This document shows, piece by piece, positions 61,487-64,000 of a DNA stretch of 64,000 bases. The stretch is taken from positions 28,474-92,473 of the forward strand of contig CAWHLR010000016.1 in assembly GCA_963830235.1 (NCBI GenBank). Direction: 5' to 3'. Position numbers and translations under genes: made by a program. Below the pieces are notes generated by a model. That model was given only the letters and a program-made list of their open reading frames with translations. It was not told where the DNA came from and made no database searches. Within the stretch, counting starts at the first letter, position 1. The number at the start of each line of letters is the position of its first letter. Origin of the DNA: an uncultured Verrucomicrobiae bacterium. Its GTDB lineage: Bacteria > Verrucomicrobiota > Verrucomicrobiia > Limisphaerales > UBA11358.

Positions 61487-61558
61487 CGTAGCAGCGGACG
61501 TGAGTCCGCTCCATCTTAACCAAAGCAAAGTCAGAGCCGACTCACGTCGGCCGCTACG
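61487..61558. repeat. GTAG-type REP inverted pair
   Basis: CGTAGCAGCGGACGTGAGTCCGCT ... AGCCGACTCACGTCGGCCGCTACG. Confidence 0.8.
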
Positions 61559-61568
61559 CCGCCTTTTT

Positions 61569-62546
61569 TCAAAGCCACCAGGCGATGGAACCGATGGCGG
61601 CGGCAGCCAGCCAGATGAGGAGCACGGCGCGGGTGCGGCTGAGGCCCGTGCGGACGAGCCGGTGCGACAGATGGTTCGTGTCGCCAATCCAGAAAGGTTT
61701 GCCGGCGCGAGTGCGCAGAATGACGACCCACACGAGGTCGGCCAGCGGCACTGCCAGCACGAGCAACGGCGAGAGCACGGCCAGCGGACGCGGGTTTTGC
61801 TTCGTGTAAAAGTGCGGCAGGATGGCCATCACCGCGAGCAGGTAACCGACGAGATGGCTGCCGGCGTCGCCGAGAAAAGCGCGGGCGTTCGGAAAGTTCC
61901 AAGGCAGAAACCCCGCCAGCGCACCGCACATCAAAAAGGCAATCGTCGCCACGAGATATTCGCCATCCGCCGCCGCGATGACGGCGAACTGCCACGCGCC
62001 GATTGCACCCAACCCGGCGCACAGGCCGTTCATGTTGTCCATGAAATTGAAGGCATTGACGACCGTGAGCACCCAGAGAATGGTGATGGCGTAGCTGAAC
62101 GCGACGTTGGGCACGAAGAGCGTGATGCGCTTGCAGGCGGCGGCCACGAGCACGGCGATGAACAACTGGCCGATGAATTTCGGCAATGGTTTCAGTTCAT
62201 GTTTGTCGTCGAGCCAGCCCAGCACCACCATCACAATCGCACCGAGTGCAATCGCACCCAGTTCCATCGCGCGGCGATTCAGGCCGTGCGCAATCAGATG
62301 CGTCTGGCTGGTGATGTTCACACCGAGCTTGATGAAAATTGCGCCGGCCGCCAGCGGCAGCAACATGCCGGTGAGCACGGCCAGCCCGCCGGCGAGCGGC
62401 ACCGGGGCGTTGTGGATTTTGCGCTGGCCGGGGTCGTCCACGAGATTGGTTTGGAGGCACCACTTTCGCCAAACCGGCAGCGCCAGCAGCGTGGTCAGCA
62501 ACGCGCTGGCAAAGGCGGCCAGAAAAAAATTGAAGGGAAAGGCCAT
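61569..62546 (-). CDS. MraY/WecA family polyprenyl-phosphate sugar-phosphate transferase
   Basis: RKIH..P.P..GG, GWLDD, NAFNFMDNMNGL, FLGDAGS, HLSHRL. Confidence 0.9.
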   Translation of the reverse strand: MAFPFNFFLAAFASALLTTLLALPVWRKWCLQTNLVDDPGQRKIHNAPVPLAGGLAVLTGMLLPLAAGAIFIKLGVNITSQTHLIAHGLNRRAMELGAIALGAIVMVVLGWLDDKHELKPLPKFIGQLFIAVLVAAACKRITLFVPNVAFSYAITILWVLTVVNAFNFMDNMNGLCAGLGAIGAWQFAVIAAADGEYLVATIAFLMCGALAGFLPWNFPNARAFLGDAGSHLVGYLLAVMAILPHFYTKQNPRPLAVLSPLLVLAVPLADLVWVVILRTRAGKPFWIGDTNHLSHRLVRTGLSRTRAVLLIWLAAAAIGSIAWWL

Positions 62547-62552
62547 GTGGTT

Positions 62553-62680
62553 GGAATGACTAATGACCAAATCCGAATGACGAAAGAATAACAAAGCTCG
62601 AATGACAAAAGCGCGCGCCATTCGTCATTTGAACATTTGGAAATTCTTTAGTCATTCGTCATTATGGTTTAGTCATTTTT
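62553..62680. repeat. Inverted AATGAC/GTCATT repeat arrays
   Basis: GAATGACTAATGACCAAATCCGAATGACGAA ... TTCGTCATT ... GTCATTCGTCATT ... GTCATT. Confidence 0.75.
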
Positions 62681-63833
62681 ACATCGCCGGACAATTTCAG
62701 GTAAAGAGCATAAAGGTTGTCCACCATTTGTTCGACGGCAAAATTTTCACGGACAAATTGCTGTCCCCGGCGGCCGAGGCGCTCGCGCAACGGCGCGTCG
62801 TTGGCGAGCTGGAGCAGCCGTTGGGCGACGGTGGCCGTGTCGCCGGTGCGGACCAAAAACCCGGTTTCGCCTTCAAGACATACCTCGTCGGCGCCGTCGA
62901 AATCATAAGCCACCACCGGTTTGCCCGCGGCGAGCGCCTGCGGCAGCGCGCGGGAGAGCGCTTCGCGCGACGACAAATGGGCGAGGCAGTCCATGATGCC
63001 GACGTAACGCGGCACTTCGCCGGGCGGCACGAGGCCGGTGAAAATGACCTTGTCCTGGAGGCCGGACGCGCGGACCTGATTTTCAATTTCTTCCGCAAGG
63101 CGCCGTCGCCCACCAGCAGCAGCCGGGCGTGCGGAATTTGCGGCAGGATTTTTGGAACGCGGCGAGCAGATCGGCGTGGCCTTTGAGTTTGAACAGCCGG
63201 GCAATTTTGCCAATGACGAAATGGTTTTCGTCGAGTCCGAGTTGCGCCCGGAGCGCAAGATCGTTCGTGGCGTTCAAAAATGGTTCCAACGGGAAAGCCG
63301 CTGAAAATGCGCGTGTACATTTCCGGGCGTCCGATTCCGGCGGCGAGGTAGAGCCGCGTCATGGCCTGGGCGGAACAGACGAAATGCGTGGTTACTCCGG
63401 CGGCGTAACGTTCGGCGGCGGTAAAAATCCAGTTGGCCGGCCAGCCTTGAAACGGGCCGAAGGAAGGGCCGTGAATGTGGTGGATGATCACCGGCACGCC
63501 CGCGCGCCGGGCCGCGAGGCGGCCGAGAATTCCCGCCTTGCCGCTGTGGGTGTGGACGATGTCAGGCTTTTGTTCGCGCAGGATTTTTTCGAGCTGCCGC
63601 AATGCGAGCCAGTCTTTCAACGGATGAACCGGGCGGACGAGCGCGGGCACGCGGGTGAGGATGTCCGGCGTGCGGGCCAGTTCAGGTTCCAGCGAACCTT
63701 CGGGACCGGTGGTCGGGCCGGAGAGCAAATGGACCTCGAGGCCGGGTTTTTGGCGCAGGCCGAGCACGGAAGCGACGGTGTTTTCCTGCGCGCCGCCGAC
63801 GACCAGCCGGGTGATGATGTGCGTGACGCGCAT
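62662..63833 (-). CDS. GT4 glycosyltransferase (apparent frameshifts near 63080-63290)
   Basis: HIITRLVVGGAQEN, VHTHSGKAG, KGH, LVGDG, EAL..ALPQALAAGKPVV, GETGFLV. Confidence 0.85.
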
Positions 63834-63842
63834 CGGCGCGTT

Positions 63843-64000
63843 TCAGGGTGAATGGCCTTTCAGTTCGCGGAGCCGCTGGATGACGCCGGCGGCTTCGGCG
63901 GTGTTGGTGTTCGCATTGGCCAGATAAAGTTTGTAATTTCTGATGGCTTCGTTGGTGTCGTGCTGGCGCCAGGCGACTTCGCCGAGGCCGTAGGCGATCT
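63843..64000 (-). CDS. C-terminal end of a TPR-like protein (runs off the window)
   Basis: IAYGLGEVAWRQHDTNEAIRNYKLYLA...LRELKGHSP*. Confidence 0.6.
   Translation of the reverse strand, partial: IAYGLGEVAWRQHDTNEAIRNYKLYLANANTNTAEAAGVIQRLRELKGHSP

Overview
GC-rich bacterial chromosome segment. The secreted-protein style and repeat families suggest a Verrucomicrobiota (Pedosphaera/Limisphaerales-like) genome; this assignment is inference. The backbone is housekeeping genes (tRNA-Val(CAC), adk, an EF-G paralog, rnhB, gatB, mpl, thrC, a cystathionine gamma-synthase-like gene, eno, pepF, ispF, nnr, fmt, a ymdB-like and a wecA-like gene). Small accessory inserts are interleaved: (i) a decayed integron next to the tRNA, whose only intact cassette lacks a normal attC and is bounded by short palindromic sites sharing an AGGT core, plus a second solitary cassette of similar design at 47.2-47.6 kb; (ii) an AAA-ATPase plus S8 protease pair (ietAS-like) preceded by an unknown two-gene module with a nonsense codon; (iii) a beta-class methyltransferase divergent from an HTH-PD-(D/E)xK nuclease fusion; (iv) a PIN toxin-antitoxin pair and an orphan antitoxin; (v) a fluoride riboswitch-crcB-DUF190 operon; (vi) three unrelated secreted proteins sharing a C-terminal ...R(F/Y)(F/Y)R domain. 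Recurrent patterns are diverged duplicates of core-gene 3' ends just beyond inserted cargo (gatB, nnr, pepF, eno), palindromic repeats inserted in-frame into housekeeping genes, and several short repeat families. Single-base frameshifts, including two in the essential gene gatB, are most likely assembly indels.
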